A stretch of DNA of 64,000 nucleotides, taken from assembly GCA_964519365.1 (NCBI GenBank), contig CAZFHP010000001.1:3-64002 (forward strand). The letters run 5' to 3'. Shown here piece after piece: positions 23,500 through 33,955 of the stretch. Every line of letters starts with the position of its first letter. Position 1 is the stretch's first letter. The notes below the pieces were generated by a model. That model was given only the letters and a program-made list of their open reading frames with translations, searched no databases and had not been told where the DNA came from. The translations under genes were made by a program, and so were the position numbers. This DNA comes from an uncultured Pseudomonadota bacterium (GTDB lineage: Bacteria > Babelota > Babeliae > Babelales > RVW-14).

Positions 23500-24969
23500 T
23501 TAACGTCGAAATCTCCGAAAATTGTTTGATCGCCTTTGAGAGTTACTTGATCGACCTTGGAAACTACCAGACCGACCACCTTGTTTATCAGATTCAATTA
23601 CAATTTTAAGCAAAGCTGCTGTAACGGCATCGGGCTTATGATCCCCAATAAAATTTCCAATCGCATGCAAATAACGCGCAAGATCATCCCCATTAATCGA
23701 TCGTTCAACACGTTTGAAAATTTTGCTTGCTTTTTTCTGTATCCGTCTCTCAGGCGTTTCCTGGGCTTGCTCTTGTTGTTTAGAAGCTTGAGAGTTATCA
23801 TTACCGCTAACGCTATAATTATCGCTCAAAACAGGAGCTTCGCGCTCTTCAATCGACATATTCGTATAAAAACTAATGTCACGAATACGATGAACTTCTC
23901 TTCTCCCAGAAACTAAGCTAATGGCTTTGCCTGTTTTGCCTGCTCGCCCGGTACGGCCAATTCTATGAACATATGAATCATGATCTTTTGGAATCTCAAA
24001 ATTAAAGACAATCTCGATATTTGCTACGTCTATACCGCGAGCCGCAACATCTGTTGCAACAAGAATATTTGTTCTGCCTGACCGGAAATTCTTCATAATT
24101 CTATCGCGCTTTGCTTGACGACAGTCACCATGAATCCCTTCAGCATGGAAACCACACGTTTCAAGACGCTTGGCTATTTTATCTACTTTTCTCTTTGTGT
24201 TACAAAAAACAATAGCTAATTCTGGATTATGCTGTTTAATCAAGCATATAAGAGTATCGATCTTTCTTGTTTGATCTACGTCAAAATATACTTGTTCAAC
24301 AGCAGACATATCTCTCTTTTCAGGAGCAACTTTAATAATTTTAGGGTTCTTTTGATAACGTTTTGCTAGCTGCAAAACTTCTTTTGGCATCGTCGCAGAA
24401 AAAAGAACTGTTTGACGTTTATCATGTTTAATCGACTTTAAAATTTTCTCAATATCAGGTCTAAAACCCATATCAAGCATCTCATCAGCTTCATCAAGAA
24501 CGATCATGTTAACGTTATGCAATTTTAATGTTCTACGTTCAATGTGATCCAATACTCGACCTGGCGTTCCAACAATAATCTGAGGCTTCTTGCGTAACCC
24601 AAACAATTGTCGTTCAATTGGTTGTCCACCATAAATAGGCAATGCTTTAATCGCTTTTTTGTATTGTAAAAACTTCGTAATTTCACCAGATACTTGCATA
24701 GCCAACTCTCGCGTTGGACATAAAATAAGAACCTGAACATCTTTGCTTTCTATATTAATCTTTTCAATAGCAGGAAGAGCAAACGCTGCTGTTTTACCTG
24801 TTCCAGTTGATGCCTGTCCAATAACATCTCTGCCCGCAATAATTTCTGGAATAGCTTCTGCCTGAATAGGAGTAGCTTTACTAAAACCCATCTTTGTAAT
24901 GGATTTTAAAAGATCTTGAGATAAGTTTAATTTCTCAAATTCTATAGAATTATTTGTTTTATTCGTCAT
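23500..24969 (-). CDS. DEAD-box ATP-dependent RNA helicase (DeaD/CshA-like)
   Basis: Q motif, AQTGTGKT-like ASTGTGKTAAF, PTRELA, VLDEADEML, SAT, HRIGRTGRAG, and an Arg/Ser-rich C-terminal tail. Confidence 0.9.
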   Translation of the reverse strand: MTNKTNNSIEFEKLNLSQDLLKSITKMGFSKATPIQAEAIPEIIAGRDVIGQASTGTGKTAAFALPAIEKINIESKDVQVLILCPTRELAMQVSGEITKFLQYKKAIKALPIYGGQPIERQLFGLRKKPQIIVGTPGRVLDHIERRTLKLHNVNMIVLDEADEMLDMGFRPDIEKILKSIKHDKRQTVLFSATMPKEVLQLAKRYQKNPKIIKVAPEKRDMSAVEQVYFDVDQTRKIDTLICLIKQHNPELAIVFCNTKRKVDKIAKRLETCGFHAEGIHGDCRQAKRDRIMKNFRSGRTNILVATDVAARGIDVANIEIVFNFEIPKDHDSYVHRIGRTGRAGKTGKAISLVSGRREVHRIRDISFYTNMSIEEREAPVLSDNYSVSGNDNSQASKQQEQAQETPERRIQKKASKIFKRVERSINGDDLARYLHAIGNFIGDHKPDAVTAALLKIVIESDKQGGRSGSFQGRSSNSQRRSNNFRRFRR

Positions 24970-25259
24970 AAGTATAATCTTTCGGTTATAAAAAAGTAAC
25001 AGTTATATCCTCGGTGTGTTTTCATGAGTTAAAGTCAAAAGCAAACTCTGCAAGAATTTGTCACTTTTATAAAACCGTCGATTACTGCTTAACGCTTGAA
25101 TAAGCCCCCCAACGATTCTCTTTCATTTAAGAAATCTCTATCTCAAATAAACACATATAAACTCTTAGAATTAGAAGTCTATATAAACACATCATATCAC
25201 AATACTTCTATTTGTCAAACACAAACAAAAACCGTAAGAAAAATACTATTTTGCCTCTG

Positions 25260-26186
25260 CTATCGCTCTAAAAGCCGTCGTTTTAACCCACGATACTTCC
25301 ATCTAACCTGATCAAGAAGCTTTTTATACACAGACTTGCCTTTCAAGACACTGGGATATCGTTTTATAACGTCTTCATGCAAGCGTAAGAACTTTTCACC
25401 CGTTTTTGCCTGATCAGCATAAAACTTTTCTATAATCTTGCCCAAATTGTTTTCTTGAGGATCATAAAAAATATCTTCCCATTTTTTGAGATAATTTTTG
25501 AGATCATGCTTAAACTTTGCATAATTCGTCTTACGAACGTTTACATTTGCATGCGGATAATGCTCAACATACGAATCAGGCGAATCGATAACTTCATAGC
25601 CCTTATCCCACATTTTTAAACATAAATCACCGTCACCGTTATAAAAAAAGAACGTTTGCTCGTCAATATAACCAACATCTTCTAATGCTCGCTTAAGATA
25701 CATGCCATGGTTAACATACATTTTTTCACCAAGCGTACACCCAACATGATAAGACTTATCACATGACCAATCTCGAAAGTAAAACGCAACCGCTCCAACT
25801 TTCTTCCCATTATTCAAAGCACTTTCAAAACACGAATACCCATTAATAATCGCACCGGGAACAAGTAAGCAATCGTCACTTAACATACATACGTATTTAC
25901 CCTGAGATATTTTAAAGCCCAAATTCATAAAATATCCCCACGACCGTCGCTCGATTTTTTTGCCAAGCCAATCCCCCCGATTATGCTGCACAATCGTAAT
26001 AATATCTTTTTGTGCGCGTAACCATTCAAGCGAACCGTCGTCAGAACCCCCATCTATTACGATTATTTCATAGCATAAGTTAAAACGAGAATTCTGAAAC
26101 TCTTCGCGAATACTATTAACCGTCAGGGGCAAAAACTTTATGCGATTATATGATCCTAAAACAACAGAGATTATGGGCTTGTTCAT
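25260..26186 (-). CDS. glycosyltransferase family 2 (GT-A)
   Basis: ISVVLGSYNR...VIDGGSDDGS...MLSDDC. About 70% identical by eye to 32117..33052. Confidence 0.75.
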   Translation of the reverse strand: MNKPIISVVLGSYNRIKFLPLTVNSIREEFQNSRFNLCYEIIVIDGGSDDGSLEWLRAQKDIITIVQHNRGDWLGKKIERRSWGYFMNLGFKISQGKYVCMLSDDCLLVPGAIINGYSCFESALNNGKKVGAVAFYFRDWSCDKSYHVGCTLGEKMYVNHGMYLKRALEDVGYIDEQTFFFYNGDGDLCLKMWDKGYEVIDSPDSYVEHYPHANVNVRKTNYAKFKHDLKNYLKKWEDIFYDPQENNLGKIIEKFYADQAKTGEKFLRLHEDVIKRYPSVLKGKSVYKKLLDQVRWKYRGLKRRLLER

Positions 26187-27334
26187 GCAATCTCTTTTAT
26201 CGCATTTACGACCAGTTCTATTTGTTCCTGCGTTATGCCAAGGCCACTTGGAATATAAAAACCTCGTTGTGCTAATTTTTCAGCGACAGGATAACGTTCT
26301 CCAAAAAAAAGTCCCAGTTTATAAAAAACAGGCTGCTTGTGCATACACCAAAAAAATGGGCGTGTTTCTATGTTTTTCGCTGCAAGTTTTTTCATAATCA
26401 CCTGAGCGTCATACTCTACCGAATCTTTTAATACAAGTCCATATACCCAATAAATATTTTCAGCATAATCTGTTCGAGCTAGTGGCCTTTGAAAAATATC
26501 GATATCCTGCAAGGCTACATCGTACGATTTACCAATAACACGTTTTTTTTCAATAAAAGAATCTAAGCGTTCCAACTGGGCCAGCCCAACGGCTGCTTGC
26601 AAATTTGTCATGCGCGCACTAAAACCAAGGCCTTCATGGACAAAACGTTGCTCCGGCTTAAAACACAAATTTCTCAGCATATTACTTCGTCTTGCTAGGT
26701 TTTCGTCATCTGTTAGAATCATGCCACCTTCACCTGTTGTCACATGTTTGTTTGGATAAAAACTTACGACACTTATATCACCAAAACTCCCACATGGCTT
26801 ATCTTTATACGTTTGCCCAATAACTTCAGCCGCATCTTCAATTATTTTTAAATCATATTTTTGAGCAAGCTCAAGAATTGGATCCATGTCGACAGGAAGC
26901 CCATACGTATGCACAACCATGATAGCTTTTGTTTGCATAGTAATTTTGCGCTCTATTTGACTAACATCAATGTTCCATGTTTCTGGGTCGCTATCAACTA
27001 ATACAGGTATTGCTCCAGACCTAACAATAGCGTTAGCACATGAAATAATAGCAAATGTCGGCATAATAACTTCGTCACCAACACCAATTTCCAACGCTTG
27101 TACAGCAATATCAAGCGCCACAGACCCACTAGAAACAGCAATCGCATGCTTTCGCAAAGCTCTTTGCGCAAAAGCTTCTTCAAACTTTTTTACAAACGGC
27201 CCATCAGACGATATCCACCCAGTATCTATGCATTCAGCTAAATATTTTTTTTCGTTACCTGTTAACAGTGGTTCATTAACAGGAACAGAAATAACTTTAT
27301 CTTCTTGTACGCTAGTATTTTCAATAGTTTCCAT
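26183..27334 (-). CDS. DegT/DnrJ/EryC1/StrS family sugar aminotransferase
   Basis: GNEKKYL...C...GWISS.GPFV..FE..FA. Also DAAE, SFYPNKHVTTGEGGM with the PLP lysine context, and FCMHKQP. Confidence 0.8.
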   Translation of the reverse strand: METIENTSVQEDKVISVPVNEPLLTGNEKKYLAECIDTGWISSDGPFVKKFEEAFAQRALRKHAIAVSSGSVALDIAVQALEIGVGDEVIMPTFAIISCANAIVRSGAIPVLVDSDPETWNIDVSQIERKITMQTKAIMVVHTYGLPVDMDPILELAQKYDLKIIEDAAEVIGQTYKDKPCGSFGDISVVSFYPNKHVTTGEGGMILTDDENLARRSNMLRNLCFKPEQRFVHEGLGFSARMTNLQAAVGLAQLERLDSFIEKKRVIGKSYDVALQDIDIFQRPLARTDYAENIYWVYGLVLKDSVEYDAQVIMKKLAAKNIETRPFFWCMHKQPVFYKLGLFFGERYPVAEKLAQRGFYIPSGLGITQEQIELVVNAIKEIA

Positions 27335-27366
27335 AATTTCTTCTCACTTTCTAACAAACGTCATGC

Positions 27367-27795
27367 CTACTTGATAACAACTTGTGATCTTTTTATTCCA
27401 TCAAAACGCGTCTTATCGCTTACCCCAACATAAGGCCCTTGCTTTACTTCTATTATCTCAACGTCTTCTAGTACCTCAAATCCATGGCCACCACGCCCAA
27501 GTAACATAACATCTCCTGCATGCAAAATTTTACTTTCAAGATATTTCTTATGTTCATCGTAAAGATCTACCTGTATTTTTCCCTTTTTGATAAACAAAAC
27601 TTCTTCCGTATAAACGACTTCGCGCAAAACATGATTATGCACATGTGCCGGAATACTATCTCCCGCTGGGCGTTTTATGCAACCCAACTGCTGAGAAAAA
27701 TTATCTGGTGTAAAAAACGAAGTTCCATCTTGAGAATAATTTCGTCTCAAAATTACAGCCATTATTTTTTCGTTATGATACACACGTTCAATCAC
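27367..27795 (-). CDS. cupin-fold sugar-nucleotide-modifying protein (WxcM/FdtA- or WbuC-like)
   Basis: 142-aa cupin (PAHVHNH...EEVLFIKKGKIQVDLYD...GGHGFEVLEDVEIIEVKQGPY) translationally coupled to the aminotransferase. Confidence 0.4.
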   Translation of the reverse strand: MIERVYHNEKIMAVILRRNYSQDGTSFFTPDNFSQQLGCIKRPAGDSIPAHVHNHVLREVVYTEEVLFIKKGKIQVDLYDEHKKYLESKILHAGDVMLLGRGGHGFEVLEDVEIIEVKQGPYVGVSDKTRFDGIKRSQVVIK

Positions 27796-29024
27796 ATAGA
27801 CTCTCTTATTTTATTCAAAAACACGTTATACGATTTTTCATACGAGCATAGCATGTTATAACGCTCTTTAATATTTTTTACATACCAATCATAATTATTT
27901 ATAACGTTAACGACTTTACCATGCAAATCACTAACCCCCGCCTGTTCTCCAAAGCCATTATTTTCAGTAAAATCAGAAAGGCCTATCAAGCCTTTTGAAA
28001 CAAGAACAGGTTTGTTGTGCGATAAAAATTTATGATACTTTCCCGAAGCCATTCCCATATACGTTATATTGTCATCACGTTCTGCTTGATAAAAACAAAG
28101 CCCTATATCGATACACGACATGAGATAATTAATGTCACTATTACACAAAACGTCTTCTTTGATATAAACATGCTTCGAATCAAAAGATTTCAAAAGTCGT
28201 TTTATGTCATACATAAAACCATCGCCAGACCACCCAGAAAACACCCACAGATAATCTTTTAACAAAACAATCTTTTCAAATAATTCTAACGAAAGAACCC
28301 AGCGCTCCAAACTCCCGATATACAAAATCTTGGGCTTTCGAGATTTAAAAATCGCATCAAAGCCCGAAACAACCGAATGTTTGTTTTCTAACTCTTGGAT
28401 ATACGCATTAGGCACCGTAAAAGCATGAATAGCTTTATTCCCATAATATTTAAAGAAAAGCTTGAGTCTATCGTGATCTTGAATAATCAGATAATCTATC
28501 GCGTTAAGCGCTCGAGCAAATAATACTCGTTTCAAGTCTATCCCATATACAAGTCTATAAAAAAAAGATCGTACAATTCGTTTTACGTATTTACTTTTAT
28601 TTTCAAGTAAAAGCGTTCCCAAAAAATTATTTCGCACGAACACTAAAAATACTTTCGTCACGAACTTTTCACACACGTTTTTTTTTGCTTGCCGCTTATA
28701 ATCTGAAAGCTCCAAACTGTGAAAAATAATCACAGGTTTAAGTTTACATAAAAAAGAAACCATACCCAAAAGCTCCATATCTGATGGCTCGTAAGCAATA
28801 ACATAATCGTAATTATTAATATCTCGATATAAAATCGATATATTTGAAAAAAAATCCTGCGTAAGCTTAATATGCCCAGAGACATAAACACCAAAAGAAA
28901 CAAGAGCCCCTGCTGTTGCTATATGATTTACAAGGCCTTTAGACGCTAATAAATATAGTGCGTTATAAACAGATGGAAATGTATCCAATCTTCGCGTAGA
29001 ACCTAAAATATGCAAAATCTTCAC
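27792..29024 (-). CDS. hypothetical protein, possible GT-B-type glycosyltransferase
   Basis: 410-aa ORF within the glycan cluster. MKILHILGS... is a GT-B-like N-terminus. I recognise no clear catalytic motif. Confidence 0.3.
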   Translation of the reverse strand: MKILHILGSTRRLDTFPSVYNALYLLASKGLVNHIATAGALVSFGVYVSGHIKLTQDFFSNISILYRDINNYDYVIAYEPSDMELLGMVSFLCKLKPVIIFHSLELSDYKRQAKKNVCEKFVTKVFLVFVRNNFLGTLLLENKSKYVKRIVRSFFYRLVYGIDLKRVLFARALNAIDYLIIQDHDRLKLFFKYYGNKAIHAFTVPNAYIQELENKHSVVSGFDAIFKSRKPKILYIGSLERWVLSLELFEKIVLLKDYLWVFSGWSGDGFMYDIKRLLKSFDSKHVYIKEDVLCNSDINYLMSCIDIGLCFYQAERDDNITYMGMASGKYHKFLSHNKPVLVSKGLIGLSDFTENNGFGEQAGVSDLHGKVVNVINNYDWYVKNIKERYNMLCSYEKSYNVFLNKIRESM

Positions 29025-29053
29025 TATTACTCGTCACACGTTAATCTATAATT

Positions 29054-29947
29054 TTATTTTTCGTTCACAGGTTTTCTTACAACACACGCATGCATGTGAT
29101 TATGCAAAAACGGAACTTTCTTAAATAATTTATTAAGAAGCACTCCCGACTTACTAACTTTAAATTCCCAATTCTTAAAAGAAACAAACGGCCTAAAAAC
29201 TGAGTGGAACAACCCATCAATATGAGCAATGGGAGTACTCTCAATAATATCAAACCCAGCCCGCTTACAAACAGTCTCAAATTGTTTCGGCGTAAAACGA
29301 TACTCAAAAAAATTACCCCGCTGAGGATCAATGTAATACGAAAAGCGCTTTCTATTCCATTTTCTATGTGGCTTGCTAAAAGCCTTTCGAACAAGATTAT
29401 TTTTTCTTGGGTCAATAAAGCTTAATGCATAACTTATTCTGCGCAAAAGATTAAAACTAGGCACCGTAATAATTCCAATCCCGCCTGGCTTTAAAACATT
29501 ATAAAGAGCATTCAGCGGGGCATCAGGCCCATCCGGAAAATGTTCAATAAGGCCATACGACAAAACCATATCAAACGAATTCAAGGGATATTTCATGTTT
29601 AAAATATCACCGTGCTCTATATTTAAGTCAGGAAACGATTTATTAAGCCAGGCAACAGAATCTTGATTTATCTCTATCCCATAGATATTTTTTAAACCTT
29701 TGTCATAAAGATATTTGACAACACGCCCAAGACCACAACCTGTTTCAAGAATTTTCCAATTTTTATTTTTCAAATATTTTAACGTAATGGCAACATCGTC
29801 GGTTCGCTCACAACTCTTTAATAATTGATCAAACTCATTATGTTGCCAAGAAAAAACGATACTCTTTTTATTCTCATTGTCCTTTTGCTCTTGCATCGCT
29901 ACAAACCCTTTTATAAATTTACACCAATATTTTTCCCAAAAAAGCAC
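29054..29947 (-). CDS. class I SAM-dependent methyltransferase
   Basis: Motif I ILETGCGLGRVVKYL, plus FDMVLSYGLIEHF and LKPGG. The likelier start is MQEQKD at 29896. Confidence 0.7.
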   Translation of the reverse strand: MLFWEKYWCKFIKGFVAMQEQKDNENKKSIVFSWQHNEFDQLLKSCERTDDVAITLKYLKNKNWKILETGCGLGRVVKYLYDKGLKNIYGIEINQDSVAWLNKSFPDLNIEHGDILNMKYPLNSFDMVLSYGLIEHFPDGPDAPLNALYNVLKPGGIGIITVPSFNLLRRISYALSFIDPRKNNLVRKAFSKPHRKWNRKRFSYYIDPQRGNFFEYRFTPKQFETVCKRAGFDIIESTPIAHIDGLFHSVFRPFVSFKNWEFKVSKSGVLLNKLFKKVPFLHNHMHACVVRKPVNEK

Positions 29948-31094
29948 TCATGTCAGATGAAAACTTTTCTCGTGAAAATTCTTTTAACGCAAAACTCTGA
30001 CAGGAAGCTATCTGATCTTCAAGCTCATCTTTTGATAACGACATAGCCTGATTCACTACATTTTCAATTTCACTTGTTGCACATGTTTCTAGATACAGCC
30101 CAGCATTATTCGGCAACGTAATCCCATTATTTCTACTTATGATTGGAAATAGTCCTAACTGCAAACACGTAACAACAGCTGGCGATATTCCTTCACTACA
30201 CGATGGGGCAATAAAACAAAAGACCCGCTTAATAATTTCTATAAATTTATCGCTACTTGGGAACAAACAACCATAATATCTAATATTAGAACAGTGAAAA
30301 AGTTCTTGTTCGTAAATTTTTAGAAAATCTCGTTCAGATTCTAGCCGTCCTATTACGTTTAAAACAAGATTTTTATTTTTTTTAAAAACATCGAGAACTA
30401 AATCTAATCCCTTGTGAACAGCCCCACCACCATAGTGCCACAAAAATTCTCGCGTTTCTGGAACATAATCGTCTGAACTTTTAATATATTTTAATCGTGA
30501 CGCAGAAACAGTAACTGTCGAAATCTTTTTTCTATATTCTTCTGGATACGTACTTAACGTATGCTTATTGCCAATCAAAGAACAGGTGTCAGCTAAGCGT
30601 AACGATCGCTCAGCCCAATCTAAATAATCAACAATTCGCTTAGGGGTATAAAATGCTTTTGTTCGCTGTTCTAACGCATGAACCCGTTTTAACTCAGCGT
30701 CCCGCGAAAACCATACATGACTTGTAGTCAAATGCAAAAGCTTTTTTGTTTCTTTTCCAACAACAGGAGTAAGTCTCTGCAAATTAACGTGTATGTCAAA
30801 CACAATATCATACGAACATTTAGGCCAAAAGCGCCTATTGTTCCAGTTTATGCAATCAACAATAAAACCATATGAATTAAAAATTCTGACAATTTCGCGA
30901 CTCTCCCAAAGGTTACTGTGAGCATTAAATCGAATGTCATTGGGTTTCCATAAAACAGCCTGCTCTAAGTAGCTAAAAAGAACTCTCCCTATCGCCTTTT
31001 TATGTTTAGGGTAAACCGTAATCGCACGCTCCCAACTATTCTGATCCCTACCTAAAATTTTTTTGGCTACTTTTTTTAACAACTGAATACTCAC
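29919..31094 (-). CDS. putative GT-B glycosyltransferase (GT4-like C-terminal half)
   Basis: C-terminal APSCSEGISPAVVTCLQLGLFPIISRNNG resembles the E-x7-E region of GT4 enzymes. The N-terminal half is unassigned. Confidence 0.4.
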   Translation of the reverse strand: MSIQLLKKVAKKILGRDQNSWERAITVYPKHKKAIGRVLFSYLEQAVLWKPNDIRFNAHSNLWESREIVRIFNSYGFIVDCINWNNRRFWPKCSYDIVFDIHVNLQRLTPVVGKETKKLLHLTTSHVWFSRDAELKRVHALEQRTKAFYTPKRIVDYLDWAERSLRLADTCSLIGNKHTLSTYPEEYRKKISTVTVSASRLKYIKSSDDYVPETREFLWHYGGGAVHKGLDLVLDVFKKNKNLVLNVIGRLESERDFLKIYEQELFHCSNIRYYGCLFPSSDKFIEIIKRVFCFIAPSCSEGISPAVVTCLQLGLFPIISRNNGITLPNNAGLYLETCATSEIENVVNQAMSLSKDELEDQIASCQSFALKEFSREKFSSDMSAFLGKILV

Positions 31095-31106
31095 ACATGG
31101 CCCTTT

Positions 31107-32120
31107 TTATGATCTTGTTCTTTGCATAATCTTTTCTTTGAAAACACGATATTTTTGCTTTAAAAACGCTTGTGCTTTTTGTGATGGAATACAAAACTTT
31201 AATGCTTTTTTCACCACACTTACACCCATACTAAAAATAGAACGTTTTGGCATTACCGTTAAAATTACATCATAAAGCTTTTTGTCTAACGATTTATCCC
31301 ATTGTATATTGTTAGGGGCAACAAGCAGATCGCTTTCTATCGCTCGAACAGGCATCTGGTGAAAAATACTTTTAGTACCATTACCATGAGCCCCCGAAAA
31401 TCCTATATTTGATACAAGATTAACAACAGAAACAATAGAAAAACCCTGCTGTTTTATACACGCATAAGCCCACTGATAATCCCATGTATCAACATCTTTC
31501 TTGCATACTTTTTTTAAATTATCTACCCAAAACTCTCTAACCCGTCGATCCTTTAAAAAAACTTCTAAGCTTCCTAAAACTTCTTTCGAATCCCATTTTT
31601 CTATGTCATATTCAAAAAACTTCCATGCGCGTCGCCACGTCGCCCACCCCCAAATAGAATAATATTTCGAAAAGAAGAAACTTTCTTTTCTGTTCACTTT
31701 GTTAAAAAAATAACTCGTTCCGCTAATCATCATAACGTTTTCGTGATCTTTATAGTCTTTGAGTAATCGCTGACAAAAATAAAAAAAAGAATCGTCTGGC
31801 ACACAATCATCTTCCAAGATTATGCCTTCTTCAACATGATCAAAAAACCAGTCAATAGCCGAACTTATCGCTTTACCACATCCCAAATTTTCATCTCGAA
31901 ATAACGTTTTAACTTCACAGTCCCAATCAACAGCCTGTATAATATTTCTGGCTGCGTTACATTCTTTTTCTTCCCCATCAACCCCTACCCGCGGCCCATC
32001 AGCAGCTACAAATAAATATTTCGGCTTTACTTTTTTTATCTTTTGAAAAACTCTTTGAGCATGTTCTGAACGATTAAAAATGATAAATAAAACAGGTGTA
32101 AAAAAAGCATTACTGCTCAT
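31107..32120 (-). CDS. GT-A glycosyltransferase with GnT-I (GT13)-like motif
   Basis: PVLFIIFNRSEHAQRVF...LFVAADGPR...GCGKAISSAIDWFF..VEEGIILEDDCVPDDSFFYF resembles the EDD region of GlcNAc-transferase I-type enzymes. An ATGA overlap at 32117-32120 joins it to the upstream gene. Confidence 0.5.
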   Translation of the reverse strand: MSSNAFFTPVLFIIFNRSEHAQRVFQKIKKVKPKYLFVAADGPRVGVDGEEKECNAARNIIQAVDWDCEVKTLFRDENLGCGKAISSAIDWFFDHVEEGIILEDDCVPDDSFFYFCQRLLKDYKDHENVMMISGTSYFFNKVNRKESFFFSKYYSIWGWATWRRAWKFFEYDIEKWDSKEVLGSLEVFLKDRRVREFWVDNLKKVCKKDVDTWDYQWAYACIKQQGFSIVSVVNLVSNIGFSGAHGNGTKSIFHQMPVRAIESDLLVAPNNIQWDKSLDKKLYDVILTVMPKRSIFSMGVSVVKKALKFCIPSQKAQAFLKQKYRVFKEKIMQRTRS

Positions 32121-33052
32121 AACCAAAACCCTTCTTTTATTTTTTTGCGAACAGCACGCACTCTCCATTTTATAGCCCCATATAACTCTTGATGCCATAC
32201 TGGCCCTTGAAACAATTTTGGATGTGTCTTTAAAACGACTTCATGCTCCTGTTTAAATCGATTACACGTCATAGCTTTATCAAAAAATTTCTTCTTTTTA
32301 AGATCTCCTAGATTGCGTGTCGTAAGTTCAGGTATTTTTTTTGTCCACCGAGCCAAAAATTTCTTGTAATCATGATCAGTGTCTTTTTTGTTCGATTTAC
32401 GCACATTCACATTCGCATGGGGATAATGCTCAAGATACGAATCTGGCGAATCTAGTATTTCATATCCTGCATCCCACAATCTAAAACACAAGTCTATATC
32501 TGCAAAATAAAAGTTATACGTATCTTCGTCTATATAATTTACTTCTTGTAAGGCTGATCTTAAATACATGCCGTGATTTACATACATGATCTTTTTAGCG
32601 GGCATGCCAACTTTATAAGCCTCTTCGAGAAAAGACTCTCGCCAATAAAAAGCAAGCGCCCCTACTTTCTTTTTTTCTTTTAACTTTTGCTCAAATAAAT
32701 CATACCCATTTTTTATAGCCCCAGGCACAAGAATACAATCGTCGCTTACCATACAAATATATTTACCTTGGGCCATTTTAAACACCAAGTTCATGAAGTA
32801 CCCCCATGACTTTCTTTCGATCTCTTTCCCAAGCCAATCGCCACGATTATGCTGCACAACCGTAATAATATCTTTCTGCTCGCAAAGCCATTCTAGCGAT
32901 CCATCATCAGAACCCCCATCGACGACTATAATTTCATAGTTTATTTTTGGTAAAAAATTATAAAACTCTTCACGAATACTATTTATAGCTAACGGCAAAA
33001 ATTTTATACGATTATATGAACCAAGAACTACAGAAATTATAGGATTCTTCAT
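32117..33052 (-). CDS. glycosyltransferase family 2 (GT-A), paralog of 25260..26186
   Basis: ISVVLGSYNRIKFLPLAINSIREEF...VVDGGSDDGS...MVSDDC. Confidence 0.75.
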   Translation of the reverse strand: MKNPIISVVLGSYNRIKFLPLAINSIREEFYNFLPKINYEIIVVDGGSDDGSLEWLCEQKDIITVVQHNRGDWLGKEIERKSWGYFMNLVFKMAQGKYICMVSDDCILVPGAIKNGYDLFEQKLKEKKKVGALAFYWRESFLEEAYKVGMPAKKIMYVNHGMYLRSALQEVNYIDEDTYNFYFADIDLCFRLWDAGYEILDSPDSYLEHYPHANVNVRKSNKKDTDHDYKKFLARWTKKIPELTTRNLGDLKKKKFFDKAMTCNRFKQEHEVVLKTHPKLFQGPVWHQELYGAIKWRVRAVRKKIKEGFWL

Positions 33053-33079
33053 ACAATCAAGCCTTCTTTTACTTAAAAA

Positions 33080-33955
33080 CTAAAATAACAGCTTATAATT
33101 AACGCGAGGGAAAACATCCAATAATCCTCCAGCGGTTGCATTATAAATTTTTATATTGTTAGAATCGCAAAATCGCTTTATTTTCTTATACTGATTCCAC
33201 ATCGCTGTTGTCATTTGCAAAACATGTTCAAAATCAGGGCCATTTATCTTATTCCAATCAGGAAAACCATCATTCGCAAATAAATTCCCTTTATAAAAAT
33301 GTAACTGTTGTTTCTGATGAAACTTTGCTATCCAATCATGATCCAAACCAATAAGATATATTTCTTTAAAACCCATATAAATCGCTACCAAAATAGATTG
33401 TAATGCTACATTCGCAACATGAAATGTCTGAGTTGAAAGATCAACTCCATTGGCAAAAATATAATCCAACTTATCATGAAAATCAACATATTGAACACTA
33501 ATTTTATTCTTAAATAACCGATGTTTTTTTATAAACGCATAATCTCCAAAATGTGTAAAAAAGTTTTTACATTTGAGCTTACATTCCAATTCAGAATAAA
33601 ACTTCAACCCAAAATCTTCAGACAAATGTAGGTGATTAATTAAGCCACTATAAATATGGTACCGAGGACTAACTCTGTGATAATCTTTATGTAGATAAAA
33701 TAAATTCAACCCGATACAAATTTCTTGAGATAAAACCGTCAAATCTTGAGTTAAAAGCGATTCTCCTGTTCCAATAATAAAACACCTATCATTTTTATGA
33801 ATATTTTTAAAACAAACATTTTCTCGTAATATATGATTATACTTTCTAGAATAAGCACGCTTAGCTTTTCTTACACACTTTTGCCCAACAGAACAAACTC
33901 CTTCTGGAACAAACCACTTTGATATATTTTTCACAATCCTAACAACTGTACTCAT
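33080..33955 (-). CDS. DUF115 / MptE-like (Maf-like) protein, putative nonulosonic-acid transferase
   Basis: DRCFIIGTGESL and ALQSILVAIYMGFKEIYLIGLDHDW match the two conserved blocks of DUF115 motility-accessory-factor-type proteins. It sits next to the NeuB and CMP-synthetase genes. Confidence 0.5.
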   Translation of the reverse strand: MSTVVRIVKNISKWFVPEGVCSVGQKCVRKAKRAYSRKYNHILRENVCFKNIHKNDRCFIIGTGESLLTQDLTVLSQEICIGLNLFYLHKDYHRVSPRYHIYSGLINHLHLSEDFGLKFYSELECKLKCKNFFTHFGDYAFIKKHRLFKNKISVQYVDFHDKLDYIFANGVDLSTQTFHVANVALQSILVAIYMGFKEIYLIGLDHDWIAKFHQKQQLHFYKGNLFANDGFPDWNKINGPDFEHVLQMTTAMWNQYKKIKRFCDSNNIKIYNATAGGLLDVFPRVNYKLLF

